A stretch of DNA of 64,000 bases, taken from Octopus vulgaris (taxonomy: Eukaryota). The notes below the pieces were generated by a model. It was not told the origin of the DNA. It did not search any database and saw only the letters and a list, made by a program, of their open reading frames with translations. Of the stretch, positions 1-11,728 are shown one piece after another. How positions within the stretch are numbered: the first letter of the stretch is position 1; every line of letters begins with the position of its first letter. Position numbers and translations under genes: made by a program. The stretch is taken from assembly GCA_951406725.2 (NCBI GenBank), contig OX597822.1, positions 36,084,001 to 36,148,000 on the forward strand, written 5' to 3'.

Positions 1-346
1 AATCACAGAGGAGATGATAGGGGACCAAGATTCCTGGTGGTTTGTTGTGTTTGAAAAGACACATCAAGCTAAATAAAAATGTGGTTGCCCTTGAATACAG
101 GCCTGTCCCCTGCAACCCTCTCCAGCTGAGCATCCCTAAGCTCACGGGCTTGTAGGTGCTGGCGCTGTATAAAAAGCACCCAGTACACTCTGTGCTGTGG
201 TTGGTGTTAGGCAGGGCATCCAGCCATAGAAACCGTGCCAAAACAGACAGGGAGCCTGAGCAGCTCTCCAGCAGGGTAGCTCCTGTCAAACCATCCAACC
301 CATGCCAGTACAGAAAACAGATGTTAACTGATGATGATGATGATGA
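1..346 (+). mobile_element. SINE family C (GTGGTTGGCGTTAGGAAGGGCATCCAGC core, (GAT)n tail), diverged copy
   Basis: Core motif at ~197-230 and (GAT)n tail at 330-346; shared with more than 10 other copies in the window. Confidence 0.75.
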
Positions 347-462
347 AAAATAAGTACTGAAGTCAATTTGCTTGACTAAAACTATTCAAGGTAGTGCCCC
401 CAGCAAGGCTGCAATCCAATGACTGAAACAAGTAAAAAATCAAGATATCATGCATTGCATTC

Positions 463-689
463 TCCTCTCTTTTACTTGTATCAGTCATTTGACTGTGGCC
501 ATGCTGGAGCACCACCTTTAGTCGAGCAAATCGGCCCCAGATCTTATTCTTTGTAAGCCTAGTACTTATTCTATCGGTCTCTTTTTTGCCGAACCGCTGA
601 GTTACGGGGATGTAAACACACCAGCATTGGTTGTCAAGTGATGTTGGGAGGACAAACACAGACACAAAAACATATACATACACACACAC

Positions 690-733
<44 letters not shown>

Positions 734-884
734 CTATACGATGGGCTCCTTTCAGTTTCTGTCTACCAAATCCACTCACAAAGCTTTGGTCAGCCCAAGG
801 CTATAGTAGAAGACACCCAAGGTGCCACGCAGTGGGACTGAACCTGGAACCATGTGGTTCGTAAGCAAACTACTTACCACACAG
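463..884 (-). mobile_element. SINE family A (tRNA head, CORE-like CCTTGGGCAAGTGTCTT, internal microsatellite, GAAACAAGTAAAAGAG tail)
   Basis: High identity to ~15 other copies; B-box-like GGTTCAGTCCC on the - strand. Confidence 0.85.
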
Positions 885-1351
885 TGAAAAGAAACTATGG
901 CTTCAACATAGAACTCTTAAAATTTCATTTTACACCTCTAAGAAGGCAAATCAGCTTCAAACCAGATGGAGACAAAATAAGAAAACACAAATTCATGCAT
1001 GTTGAACATGAAGACCACAGGTAACACTTGAATATAATAAATGGAGCATGACAAACACTAGAAATGCAAGCATCCATGATAAAACAAATATCTGTAACAT
1101 GAGAAACATTACTGTACTAAGCATATAAATGCTTCTACTTAACTCACCTGTCACCTATCCAGTTTATATACCATAATTATAACACCTTAATACAAGCCTA
1201 AACATCCTTATAAGGAAGTTTTTAAGCTTCGCTGCACTGATTAAATTGTGTTGATAATGTAACATGCTAATTATATACAAATAAATTCTGGCAACCTCTT
1301 TCTCTTCTTCACATTTCCTAGGACATAGTACACACAATAAAATGAGCATAG

Positions 1352-1685
1352 CGAAGGTGTGTGGTTCAGTTGTTAGAGCATCAGGCACACAATCATGAGG
1401 TAATGAGTTCAATTCTTGGACCAGGCTGTGTTGTGTTTTTGAGCAAGACACTTTATTTCACATTCCACCAGTTCACTCAACTGTAGAAATAAGTTGATGT
1501 CATTGATGCTAAGCTGTATTGGCCTTTGCCTTTCCCTTGGATAACATCAGTGGCACAGAGAGGGGAGGCTGGTATGCATGGGCGACTGCTGGTTTTCCAT
1601 AAACAACTTTGCCCAGACTTGTGCCTAAGAGGGAAACTTTTTAGGTGCACTCCCATGGTCATTCATGACTGAAGGAGATCTTTTC
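1352..1685 (+). mobile_element. tRNA-derived CORE-like SINE (family E)
   Basis: A/B-box-like head (GTGGTTCAGTTGTTAG...GAGTTCAATTC) followed by TTGAGCAAGACACTT; head resembles 32381-32635. Confidence 0.65.
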
Positions 1686-2329
1686 CTACATCATATGAAA
1701 TGTGGAGAATTTCAGAAAGTACCCCATAGTCTAAAACGATTTAACTTGGTCCCCGTGTCTCAAGTGCACATGCACAAAACGAAATTTACGTGGTTCCTGC
1801 ACAATAAGGGTTAATGTGCTCTAAACATTTTAATACAAAAATAATACAAATGACATCAGAGGAGACACAAATGATTTCATTATATCTTTCTTTACTGCTA
1901 GCTATCACTCTGCACCCCTCTATGATATTTTTCATCACCATCTACCACTCTCATTTACCCTCATCCATCTCTATTGCTGGTCATCATTCTCTCCCTCCCT
2001 CTCTCTTACTATTATCATCATCATCATCATCATCATCTAGTATGCAGTAACCAACAACAGCCATTGACACCGATAGTCTGTGAGGCACCACTCCACAACA
2101 GACAGGACTCATTCTCAGCTGGGTGGGCTGAAAGATCACAAAATAGAATGCTTTGCTCAAGGATATAAAGCACTGCCAGTTCTAAGAATTGAACTCACAA
2201 ACATATGACTGTGAATCCAACAGCCTGACCACCAGGCCATGTGCCCTCACTCTCTTATCCATCTGTAATGCTATCCCATCATGCAACACATGCATGTTTA
2301 CAATAAGCTCATTTTCATTATTACATAAA

Positions 2330-2550
2330 GTTGACAAGCTGGCACAATCTATAGCACACCAGACAAGACGCATAGTGGAATTTCATCTGTCTCTACATTC
2401 TGAATTCAAATTCCATAGAGATCAACTTCGACTTTCATCCTTTCAAGGTTGATGAAAATATATACCAGTTGTGTACTGGAGTTGGTGTAATCAAGTAGCC
2501 CCCTCCCCTAAAAAATTTCAGGCCTTGTGCCTATAGTAGAAAGGATTATT
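2330..2550 (+). mobile_element. SINE family B (tRNA head plus Nin/Deu-like domain)
   Basis: Diverged CTTTCATCCTTTCGGGGTCGATAAA-type motif shared with many copies. Confidence 0.7.
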
Positions 2551-2556
2551 ACATAC

Positions 2557-2875
2557 ATCATCATCATCATCGTCGTTTAACGTCTGTTGTCCATGCTGGC
2601 ATGGGTTGGACGGTTTGACTGGGATGGTACACTGGAAAGTTGCTCCAGACTCCAGTCTCATTTAGCATGGTTTTCTATGGCTGGATGCCCTTCCTAACAC
2701 CAACCACTCCAAGTGTATAATGGGTGCTTTTATGTGCCACTGGGATGCGTTTATATGCCACCAGCACAGGTGTCAATTTGCATGACACCGGTATCCGCCA
2801 CAACAGAAATTTTGGTTGGCTTGATGGGTCTTCTCAAGCATGGAATAATGCCAAAGGTCTCGGTCATTGCCTCCA
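2557..2875 (-). mobile_element. SINE family C
   Basis: (CAT)n tail then CGTTTAACGTC...GGATGCCCTTCCTAAC. Confidence 0.8.
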
Positions 2876-2904
2876 CAGATATAAACAATTACAGATTTTA
2901 TTAA

Positions 2905-3320
2905 TTCTTTTATTCTTTTACTTGTTCCAGTCATTTGACTTTGGTCATGCTGGAGTACAGCCTTTAGTTGAACAAATCGACCCCAGAACTTATTCTTTGT
3001 AAGCCTAGTACTTATTCTATTGGTCTCTTTTGCTGAACTGCTAAGTTACTGGGGACGTGAACACACCAACATCAGTTGTCAAGCAATGGTGGCAGGACAA
3101 ACACAGACACACACACACACATATATATATATACACACATACACACACACACACATATGATGAGTTTCTTTCAGTTTCTATCTACTAAATCCACTCACAA
3201 GGCTTTGGTCAACCTGAAACTATAGTAGAAGACACTTACCCAAGATGCCACACAGTGGAACTGAACCCAGAACCATGTGGTTGGGAAGCAAGCTTCTTAT
3301 CACACAGCCACTCCTGCGCC
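2905..3320 (-). mobile_element. SINE family A, full length
   Basis: Tail, internal (CA/TA)n and head ending ...CACTCCTGCGCC. Confidence 0.85.
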
Positions 3321-3747
3321 AATATACATATATTATGTATATGCAAGTGAATGTGAATGTATATGTCTACAAAGATGGTGCCTGTATTTTCTTTATATCT
3401 AAGAGTATGTATATTTATGTGTATGTATGTTTATGAGTACATCATAGCTCTCCATGTCTATATATAGTTTCATATACAGACAGTTATTTGTAAGCAGTCT
3501 ACGTACACATTTAGTGTGGTGCCCCGCCATCTGTGTCCACCCATCTGTATCTGAATTACTTCTTAATTTATTTAATTCTGACACTGAAAGAGACAACTTA
3601 TTGCTTAATTTGTAACGTCTACATTAATCTCAGCAGAATTTGACAGGTTGTAAATCTTTCTACTGCCGTGAACATCTCTATTAGTATGTATATTTTTTTT
3701 AATCACTATGTGAGTCCGTGTATACATATATTTGTATCAATATATAT

Positions 3748-4553
3748 TTAAAGTAATAAGGGTGGAAAATTGAATATTAATTTGATTAATATCAATTTGA
3801 AACCAGTGGTCTAGCATATAGAAAAATCTGAAGATTCAGAAAAATATTACATACATATAAGAGGGATGACCACTGAGTGGACATCCATTATGCTAGAAGT
3901 CTGGCGTTTGCTAAATTTTCTTGAGAACATTCCTTTCTTAGTGGTAAGACCATAGGGGGTCAAATTCTAGCATAATGGATGTCCACTTAGTGGTCATCCC
4001 TCTTATATGTATGTAATATAATTTTTCTGAATCTTCAGATTTTTCTATATGCTAGACCACTGGTTTCAAATTGATATCAATCAAATTAATATTAAATTTT
4101 TCACCCTTATTATTTTAATTTTAAATTTAAATAATTATGTTCTCTAACCGGCAAAATTCACTGCAGAGAATTATTTTCTGCAGAATTATTTCCGGTATTT
4201 TGGCGCGCCAAAATGAAGACTTTTGAAATATAACCCCAAATGTAATTGGTAGAACTATATACATGTTCAATCTCATGCAGACGTCACATGTATACTTCTG
4301 CAAATTATATTTTGCTATGACAATCACACTGACGAGCTGCAGACATCTACGTAAGTAATTACGTAAATGGTAACAACGAAACCGAGTTTGTGATTAATCT
4401 GTATATTTTGTATCTTTTCATTTGTCTTGCTCACTTACGTTCTGGCGTTTGATAAATTTTCTTGAGAACATTCCTTTCTTAGTGGTAAGACCATAGGGGG
4501 TTGACTTCTAGCATAATAGATGTCCACTTAGTGGTCATCCATCTTATATGTAT
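3748..4553. mobile_element. Non-coding Penelope-like element with inverted pseudo-LTR
   Basis: ~150-bp inverted arms 3748-3898 and 3965-4118; spacer plus part of one arm repeated directly at 4441-4553; contains an HHR at 4322-4395. Confidence 0.6.
4322..4395 (+). ncRNA. Type I hammerhead ribozyme, near intact
   Basis: Stem I AATCACA/TGTGATT; core CTGACGA 4329-4335; long stem II (TACGTAA/TTACGTA); GAAA 4378-4381; short stem III AC-CGA-GT; site GUU. Confidence 0.75.
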
Positions 4554-4554
4554 A

Positions 4555-4710
4555 GATCGCTAGCCACTACACATTCTTTATTTTCACTCCTTGTTTCTTT
4601 CTGCAGAAGAGCATAGGCTCGAAACGTTGAAGACTTTTTCACTTCCCGAGCGTTATACTAATACATCTGTTTGTTGTCTACACCACCTGTCTTCATCTTT
4701 TGTGAATTCT

Positions 4711-4715
<5 letters not shown>
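4555..4715 (+). mobile_element. Short Penelope-like tail with decayed minimal HHR, abutting (TA)n
   Basis: CAGAAGA-GCATAGGCTC-GAAACGTT at ~4604-4628 with palindromic AACGTT stem III; followed by (TA)n. Confidence 0.45.
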
Positions 4716-4761
<46 letters not shown>

Positions 4762-5169
4762 TATATTCTGTTGTGTCTGGGAAGAGTCATTCTCTTTTAA
4801 TGCCTTATAATTTAACACACCAGTAAAACTTCCACTTATTTCTTTTTTATTTTTCTGTCATAGGTACAGTTGTGGCTGTGTGGTTAAAATGGCTTGCTTC
4901 CAAACCACTTGGTTTTCAGTTCAGTCCCACTGCACAACTGGATTTGTTAAGTGGAAACTGAAAGAAGCTTGTGTGTGTGTGTGTGTGTATCTATCCATTT
5001 CTCCGTTCGTCCTTGTTTTGACATTGCGAAATAGTTGTAAACGAGTGTCACTGTCAGACATGCAGTGTGTCATTCATTTCCAATATATTGCAAAAACATT
5101 TTTGGCCATAGAGGAAATATAACTTTGCTTGGAAACAGGTGAAAATTGGCAGCAAGAAAGGTATCTAGG

Positions 5170-5363
5170 CAGTGACACATATTCAGAGTGTGCTAGGTGT
5201 GAGCTGCACACCCATCCAAAATGGCAAATCCATTATAATTATTAGCCTTACTCATTAATTTAATCAGAAATCTCTATGGAAAACTTTTGTTAAATCCGTA
5301 CTTGAAAGTTGGTGACATTAGGTGTGACAGTACACCCAATATAACACCCACCAAATGCCACTG
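5170..5363. mobile_element. hAT-type MITE
   Basis: CAGTG...CACTG ends; 8-bp TSD TATCTAGG/TATCTATG. Confidence 0.65.
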
Positions 5364-5436
5364 TATCTATGCATAAAAAATCTGCCTTGATAAACTCTTT
5401 CTCACCCATACAAGCATAAGAAAGTAGACATTAAAA

Positions 5437-5595
5437 CAGTGGTTCGCAACCTTTTCACTTCCAAAGACCCCTTTTATTTAGACGAGATTTCCCATGGACC
5501 CCAGGATATTGAAAGGTCTTAACATGTTCATGGACCTCTAGTACTACCTTTAGGGACCATGAAGGGGTCCCTGCACCATAAGTTGGGAACCACTG
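5437..5595. mobile_element. hAT (Charlie-like) MITE
   Basis: TIR CAGTGGTTCGCAAC/GTTGGGAACCACTG; imperfect 8-bp TSD CATTAAAA/CATTATGA. Confidence 0.75.
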
Positions 5596-5774
5596 CATTA
5601 TGATGATGATGATGCATATCTATTTGTATAAATGATTTTGTATACACAGCCTGAAATGTAGCTCAGGTCAACATTCTGAAACTTAAGTTCAAAATGCAAC
5701 CAAGCTTTGGTTTGCATTATATTTGAAGATTATATCTTGTCAAATGCATTGTGTGTACCATTACTAGTTAAGAA

Positions 5775-5809
5775 ATATGTATATGTGTGTGTGTGTATGT
5801 GTGTGTGTG

Positions 5810-5842
<33 letters not shown>

Positions 5843-5883
5843 GTATAGACACACACACACATATATATGTATATATATATGTA

Positions 5884-5930
<47 letters not shown>

Positions 5931-5968
5931 GTTTGTGTGTGTACATATATAAATATGTGTGTGTGTAA

Positions 5969-6012
<44 letters not shown>

Positions 6013-6102
6013 AGACACACACATATATATATATACACATATATATATATATGCATGCATACATACATACATACAGACACACACACACACATACATACAT
6101 AT
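5775..6102. repeat. Compound (TA)n/(CA)n/(TG)n microsatellite
   Basis: Directly visible; one of many such tracts. Confidence 0.95.
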
Positions 6103-6103
6103 A

Positions 6104-7515
6104 CTGCCTGACTTCTATCTTTCAGAAAGTCATGTAACCACTCTCCAAGTCTCCCAGCTATGCCAAGATCACATAGTTTGTGGTATATCATACCATGATC
6201 CACTTTCTCAAAAGCTTTCGCAAAATCAAGGTATATTACGTCCGCATTTGAGTTGTTGAGTAACTGCCTCAACACCCAGCTCAACACCCAGTAATAATGT
6301 TGTAAGAGCTGAGTCAGGCAGCTTCTACCTGGTCAAAAGCCATGCTGGGTATCACTCAGCAAGTTATTTTTTTTAAGGAATGGAATTAGTTTCCCCCTGA
6401 CTATCCGTTCCATGACTTTGCTGATGCGTTAAGTCAGAGAGATAGGCCTATAGTTTTTGACATCTGCTCTGCTTCCCTCTTTATGGACTGGACATACTAT
6501 TCCCTCCTTCAGCTTGCTTGGCAGTCTGCCATTTGCAAGAAAGCTCAGGAAGAGAATCTGGAGAAGCTTTGCCAGGGCACGCTTATACAATTTGAGGAGG
6601 ATTGCTGGGAAACTATCAGGACCCCTAGTTGAGTTTGCGTCTACCTCATCTATGGCTAGTAATATATCTTCTTCACTAATGTTGATGTATTCCATCGTAA
6701 CTGCCTCGCTGGTTATAGGTGAAGTGGCAAAGAAGTTCACTGGTTCATTCACTTGTCTGTGTTCCAACAAGGTGGTAAAGAAACTTTTGAACTCGTCATT
6801 CAGTACCTCACTGATTCTGGTTGGACTGTCTGTGAGGGAGCCATCCTTTTGGAAGAGGGATCCTATCTTGCAGTGTACTGAGGCTGTTTCTTTCGTTTAA
6901 TGAAAGAAGGCCTTTGGGTTTGACTTAATGTTTTTATAACCCAGGCTTCTTTGCTCTCTCCCTTACATAGGATTGTAGCAGCCTTTTTTCAATCTCCATC
7001 AGTGTTGTTTTTAGGTGGGACATTTCGCTACTTTTGGGATGTTGGTTGAGGCAACTTGCAACCTTTGTCCATCGTCTTATGAGGATCTTCCTCTCCCTTG
7101 GAATCTTGTTCCTATTTGTTTTGGCCTAGTGCTCTGGGATATATTTCTGGCATATGGCTTGCACAACAGACATGAAACATTCTAGTTTCATGTCGATGTC
7201 TGGTGTGGAGAGACATTTCAGCCAGTCCAGTCTGAGGATCTCTTTTTGGATCAATTTCCAGTCTGCTTTGTGGAAGTTCAGATTGGAGAGATTTCGAGTG
7301 CTTCCTTTAGGCTGTATATGTCTGGCTACTTTCAGCCCAAACATAGACAGCTCTATTATGTTGTTATCCAAGACTAATGTCGGTGTCACTTTCACATCAT
7401 GAATGATGTCCATATTGTTCATGAAGCAGAGATCCAAAATGTTATTCGCCCTAGTTGGTCTGAGTACAGCTTGCTCCATGGATAGGGCATTGGTGAGGTT
7501 GAACAGGGACACCAC
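6104..7515 (-). pseudogene. CR1/L2-like LINE ORF2 fragment (APE C-terminus, linker, RT N-terminus), disrupted
   Basis: Motifs PTRANNILDL, GPDSFP, NYRPISLT and DVIYLDFAKAFEKVDH across broken frames. Confidence 0.9.
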
Positions 7516-7539
7516 CTGTGGTTGCTTGCATCTAAATAT

Positions 7540-8712
7540 TGAAACACTTCCCTCAATAAAGAAATACTTTGTGATAAGACTATTGAAGCCATTGGGTATC
7601 ACACTAGCACTGAACTCTGAGTGTACAGGTCCTTATAGCCCAAACAGCTGTAAGCTAATGAATGTGATTATATCACTTCAGTTCCTTTGTCATTCATTTA
7701 TTAACATTATACTCTGTACTTATCTGGTCCAGAGTTAAAAATGCTGCAGTTTATTAAAACTGTATATTTTGTTCTAGCAACTGGTTAGTGTTCTACTTCC
7801 CCTCCACCATACACCTCTCACTTTCCCCATTCACTTTGCTTACTTTTCCCCCCACATACACTTGCAACTTACCCAATCATATGCCATCTCTTCCTCTCAT
7901 CCTTCCCTTGTTTATTGCATCATTATTATTATGACTGTGCAGCAAGATGGCAGAAACATTAGCACACCAGGTGAAATGCTTAGCAGTATTTTGTCTGTTT
8001 TTACGTTCTGAGTTCAAATTCTGCCAAGATTAACTTTGCCTTTCATCTTTTTGGGGTCGATAAATTAAGTACCAGTTGCATACTGGGTTTGATCTAATTG
8101 ACTGTCACCCCCAACCCCCTAAAATTTTTAGCCCTTTTGCCTAGAGTAGAAAAGATTATTATGATTGTGCTGCTCTTCATTCCCCCATCTCTTTATGTGA
8201 CCAGTATCTTCCCTCTTATCTCCCCCACCAACTCAGCTGTGTCACCAGTCACTCCCTAGCCACCATTCACTACATCTACTCATCAGATTTACCCATTTTT
8301 CTACAACTGTCACCTACTTTCCCCTATATTCCCTTTTCATCCCTCAACACTAGCTCTTCATTATTTTCTTTCCATCACCCATTTCCCATCTCAAACTATT
8401 TCTCTCTCACACTCTTGTAACCTCTACACACTCACAATTCATTCTCCTGACTCCATCCCTACTCACCTTGTATTTTGAGCTTCCACCCTGACACCTCACC
8501 ACTATTATTATTATACTGAAACACTTCCCCCAATAAAGAAATACTTTGTGTTAAGACTATTGAAGTCATTGGGTATCACACTAACACTGAACTCTGAGTG
8601 TACAGGTCTTTATAGCCAAAACAGCTGTAAGCTAATGAATGTGATTATATCACTTCAGTTCTTTTGTCATTCATTTATTAATATTGTACCCTGTACTTAT
8701 CTGGTCCAGAGT
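7540..8712 (+). mobile_element. Non-coding element bounded by ~195-bp direct repeats, each with a decayed HHR
   Basis: Direct repeats 7540-7735 and 8517-8712; GTGATAA-GACTAT...ATAGCC-CAAACAGCTGTAAG; pyrimidine-rich interior with a family B SINE at ~7940-8160. Confidence 0.6.
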
Positions 8713-9174
8713 GGCTGGAGTGGCCACTCCGACCACTTCCATACTCTCTTCTATAATGTGTGCATCCATATAGCTCCTTCCTCTACAGCAAAAAATCTTG
8801 TTCTGTTCTTGTCCCTCCTCTCAGACTTTTAATTCTCCTTCCCCCACTACTGTAGCCCCTCTATCATCATCATTTCATTCATCATTATCATTTAACATCC
8901 ATTGTCCATGCTTGCATGGGTTGGACAGTTTGACCAGAGCTGGCAAGCTGGAGGGCTGCACCAGACTCCAGTCTGATTTGACATGGTTTCTACAGCCTGA
9001 TGCACTTCCTAACACCAACCACTTTACAGAGTGTGCAGGGTGCATTTATGTGACACCACACATGTGCTTCTACATGGCACTGCACTGGTGCTTTTATGTG
9101 GCACTGCCTCAAGTGTTGCTGTGATGATTCTAAAATACAACACATAAAAAACCTAAGGGTATATCTTTTTCTAC

Positions 9175-9260
9175 CCCTCTGAAGAGATTTTGCCCCCCAA
9201 AATGATTTTAATAATATTTATTTAATCATTATTGGGCTTAATTGAAACAGCTGTAAGAGA
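9175..9260 (+). ncRNA. Type I hammerhead ribozyme with palindromic stem III
   Basis: CTGAAGA 9179-9185; long stem II (CCAA-AATGATT/AATCATT-A-TTGG); GAAACAGCTGTA 9244-9255 with GUA site; stem I CCCT/AGAG has one mismatch. Confidence 0.65.
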
Positions 9261-9479
9261 CTATGTTTGATTTTTACAGATAATAAATTTTTATTAAATG
9301 TTATATCTCCATTTTCTTATTTTTCAGTTGAATGATTGTAAACTATGGTTTATATACAAACCTATTATTTTACAAATATTATAATTCCCAATAAATATTA
9401 GGTATTAAACCAGTAATTCCTTGGATGATACCATCCCTTAACAAGCTAATTCAACCTCCAATTGATTTTAATTCAAAAT

Positions 9480-9962
9480 CATCATCATCATCATTTAACA
9501 TCTGCTTTCCATGCTAGCATGAGTTGGACAATTTGACTGAGGACTGGTGAACCAGATGGCTGCATGAGACTCCAATCTGATCTGGCAGAGTTTCTACAGC
9601 TGGATGCCCTTCTTAACGCCAACCACTCCAAGAGTGTAGTGGGTGCTTTTACGTGCCACCGGCACGACGGCCAGTCAGGTGGTACTGGCAACAGCCATGC
9701 TCAAATGGTGTTTTTTACATGCCACCTGCACAGGAGCCAGTCCAGCGGTACTGGCAACGACCTCGCTGAAATGTTTTTTCACGTGCAAGTAAGGCGACAC
9801 TGGTAACAATCATGCTCAAATGGTGTTTTTTACATGTCACCTGCACAGGAGCCAGTCCAGCGGTACTGGCAACGACCTCACTCGAATGTCTTTTCACGTG
9901 CCAGTAAGGTGACACTGGTAACAATCACACTCAAATGGTGCTTTTTATGTGTCACTGGCACA
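9480..9962 (-). mobile_element. SINE family C with internal ~40-bp subrepeats and a ~118-bp duplication
   Basis: (CAT)n tail; repeated TGGTGTTTTTTACATGCCACC units; similar to 45138-45525 and 54860-55240. Confidence 0.85.
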
Positions 9963-10726
9963 AAAACTAAACCATAAAAGAAATTTTTATTTTTCAAAAT
10001 GAAACAAAACCAACAGTCAGATGAAAAATAATGTTTATCTTTGTATACTTTCTCTTTATATTTGAAAAGATTTCTCCTACATTTTTAACTGCAAAACACA
10101 TCTGCTTCTATACTCAGTAGAGATAAGGCACCCCAAATATTATTTTAGTAATTTTAAAGTGATTTCTTTCGTGCTGTAAACCATTTACCATTTCTGTGGT
10201 ACCCCATCCTTCCCTTGATGTCCTAAGCACATACTTTATTTTGCTTAATGGTTAATCCAGTGCTGCATTGACTGGTGGCATACATAACTGATCTCAGGAA
10301 GGATCAAAGATGAAATCAAACTTTGAGGGATGTGAACCCAAAACGTAAAAAATTGTAACTATATACCATAAGGAATTTTGTCGGAAGCACCACCTATTCT
10401 GCCAGTCTAATGCTATAATGATAAAGATGCTCTCTTTTATTTGCTACAGAGGTGTTTGACGAGGGGGGGGGATATTACAAGGACAGTTTACAGTTTGTGT
10501 GTGGTTTACAAAGAAAGGTGAGGAAAGGTGGGGAGTGAAGGGGGGCTCGAGATAAAAGAAATACACACAGATGCAGACATGACTGTGTGGTAAGAAGTTT
10601 GCTTCCTAACTGCATGTTTGTGGTTTCAGTCCCACTGTGTGGCACCTTGGCCAAGTGTCTTTTACTATAGCATTGGGGTGACCAAAACTTTGTGAGTGGA
10701 TTTGGTAGACAGAAACTGAAAGAAGC

Positions 10727-10811
<85 letters not shown>

Positions 10812-11020
10812 TGAGAGGTACTGGTATCTAGAAGACCCAAAGAGTGACAGGTAATGCTAAGTAAGTGCTAGGGACAGACCACAGTTAAACTCTTGGTTCG
10901 ATGCAAGTGTGGAGTGGGTTTTGTATTAGCATGCATATAATATATTGGACAAAATGAGATAACAAAGCCAAGGCTGTGAGGAGTTTTCAAGACATTTATA
11001 AGGAAAAAGATATAGATATA

Positions 11021-11302
11021 GTCTTACAGCTGTTTCTGGGATATTGGCACGTAAAATGCACCAATCCGACCGTTGCCGATGCCAGCCTCGCCTGGCACCT
11101 GTGCAGGTGGCACATAAAAAGCACCCACTACACTCACGGAGTGGTTGGCGTTAGGAAGGGCATCCAGCTGTAGAAACATTGCCAGATAAGACTGGAGCCT
11201 GGTGCAGCCTTCTGGCTTCCCAGATCCCCGGTCGAACCGTCCAACCCATGCTAGCATGGAGAACGGACGTTAAACGATGATGATGATCCCTTCATCAGAG
11301 AC
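11021..11302 (-). ncRNA. Type I hammerhead ribozyme with a SINE inserted in loop II
   Basis: - strand: GTCT-CTGATGA-AGGGAT-[SINE 11046-11287]-ATCCCA-GAAACAGCTGTA-AGAC. Confidence 0.7.
11046..11287 (+). mobile_element. SINE family C, young CpG-rich copy
   Basis: Consensus-like core and (GAT)n tail. Confidence 0.85.
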
Positions 11303-11344
11303 GATGTGAGATGGTTAAATAGAGGTAATTTGAGTATATTTATA

Positions 11345-11728
11345 TCTTTATATATAAAAATGAAGTTGTGTGTCTGTCTCCTACGATTTAGATTCCTAAC
11401 TACTCCCACATTTTGCGGTGCAGTTTAACCAAAACTGGGTATCTTATAGTCGTGATTCATATCGAGCCCTTCTGGGTATTAGCGCGCGTCTATGATGAGT
11501 CTACGATTTAAAAAAAAATTTACCATCATTTTTTTCCATTTTAATGCATTTTTTGCTATTATATAAGGGAAGTAACTCTCTAAAAATGTCTACGATGAGT
11601 CAACGATTTAAAAAAAAATTTACCATCATTTTTTTTCCATTTTTAATGCATTTTTTTGCTATAACTCTAAAAATGCTTATATAGTTATTTCCCTTACAAA
11701 CCCGAGCAACGCCGGGCGATACTGCTAG
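11345..11728 (+). mobile_element. Non-autonomous Helitron
   Basis: A|TC 5' end; 3' hairpin CCCGAGCAACGCCGGG followed by CTAG|T; internal ~100-bp tandem duplication. Confidence 0.85.

Larger units (their letters stand above)
4863..5615 (+). mobile_element. Old composite SINE (family A head, family C-like tail) interrupted by two hAT MITEs
   Basis: Head GTGGCTGTGTGGTTAA...TTCAGTCCCAC; tail pieces rejoin across 5170-5363 and 5437-5595 and end in (GAT)n. Confidence 0.6.

Noticed and set aside
942-1020. Possible + strand exon RQISFKPDGDKIRKHKFMHVEHEDH with AG|gtaac donor
   Set aside because: Weak AAG acceptor, and its phase 2 end does not join the phase 0 exon at 14424; needs RNA evidence
5707-6259. 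Many YI/HT/CV-rich ORFs here and at ~630, 14670, 19830 and 63090
   Set aside because: Translations of dinucleotide microsatellites
9650-9962. Regularly spaced ~40-bp repeats resembling a CRISPR array
   Set aside because: Internal subrepeats of SINE family C in a eukaryotic context; spacers are not unique and there are no cas genes
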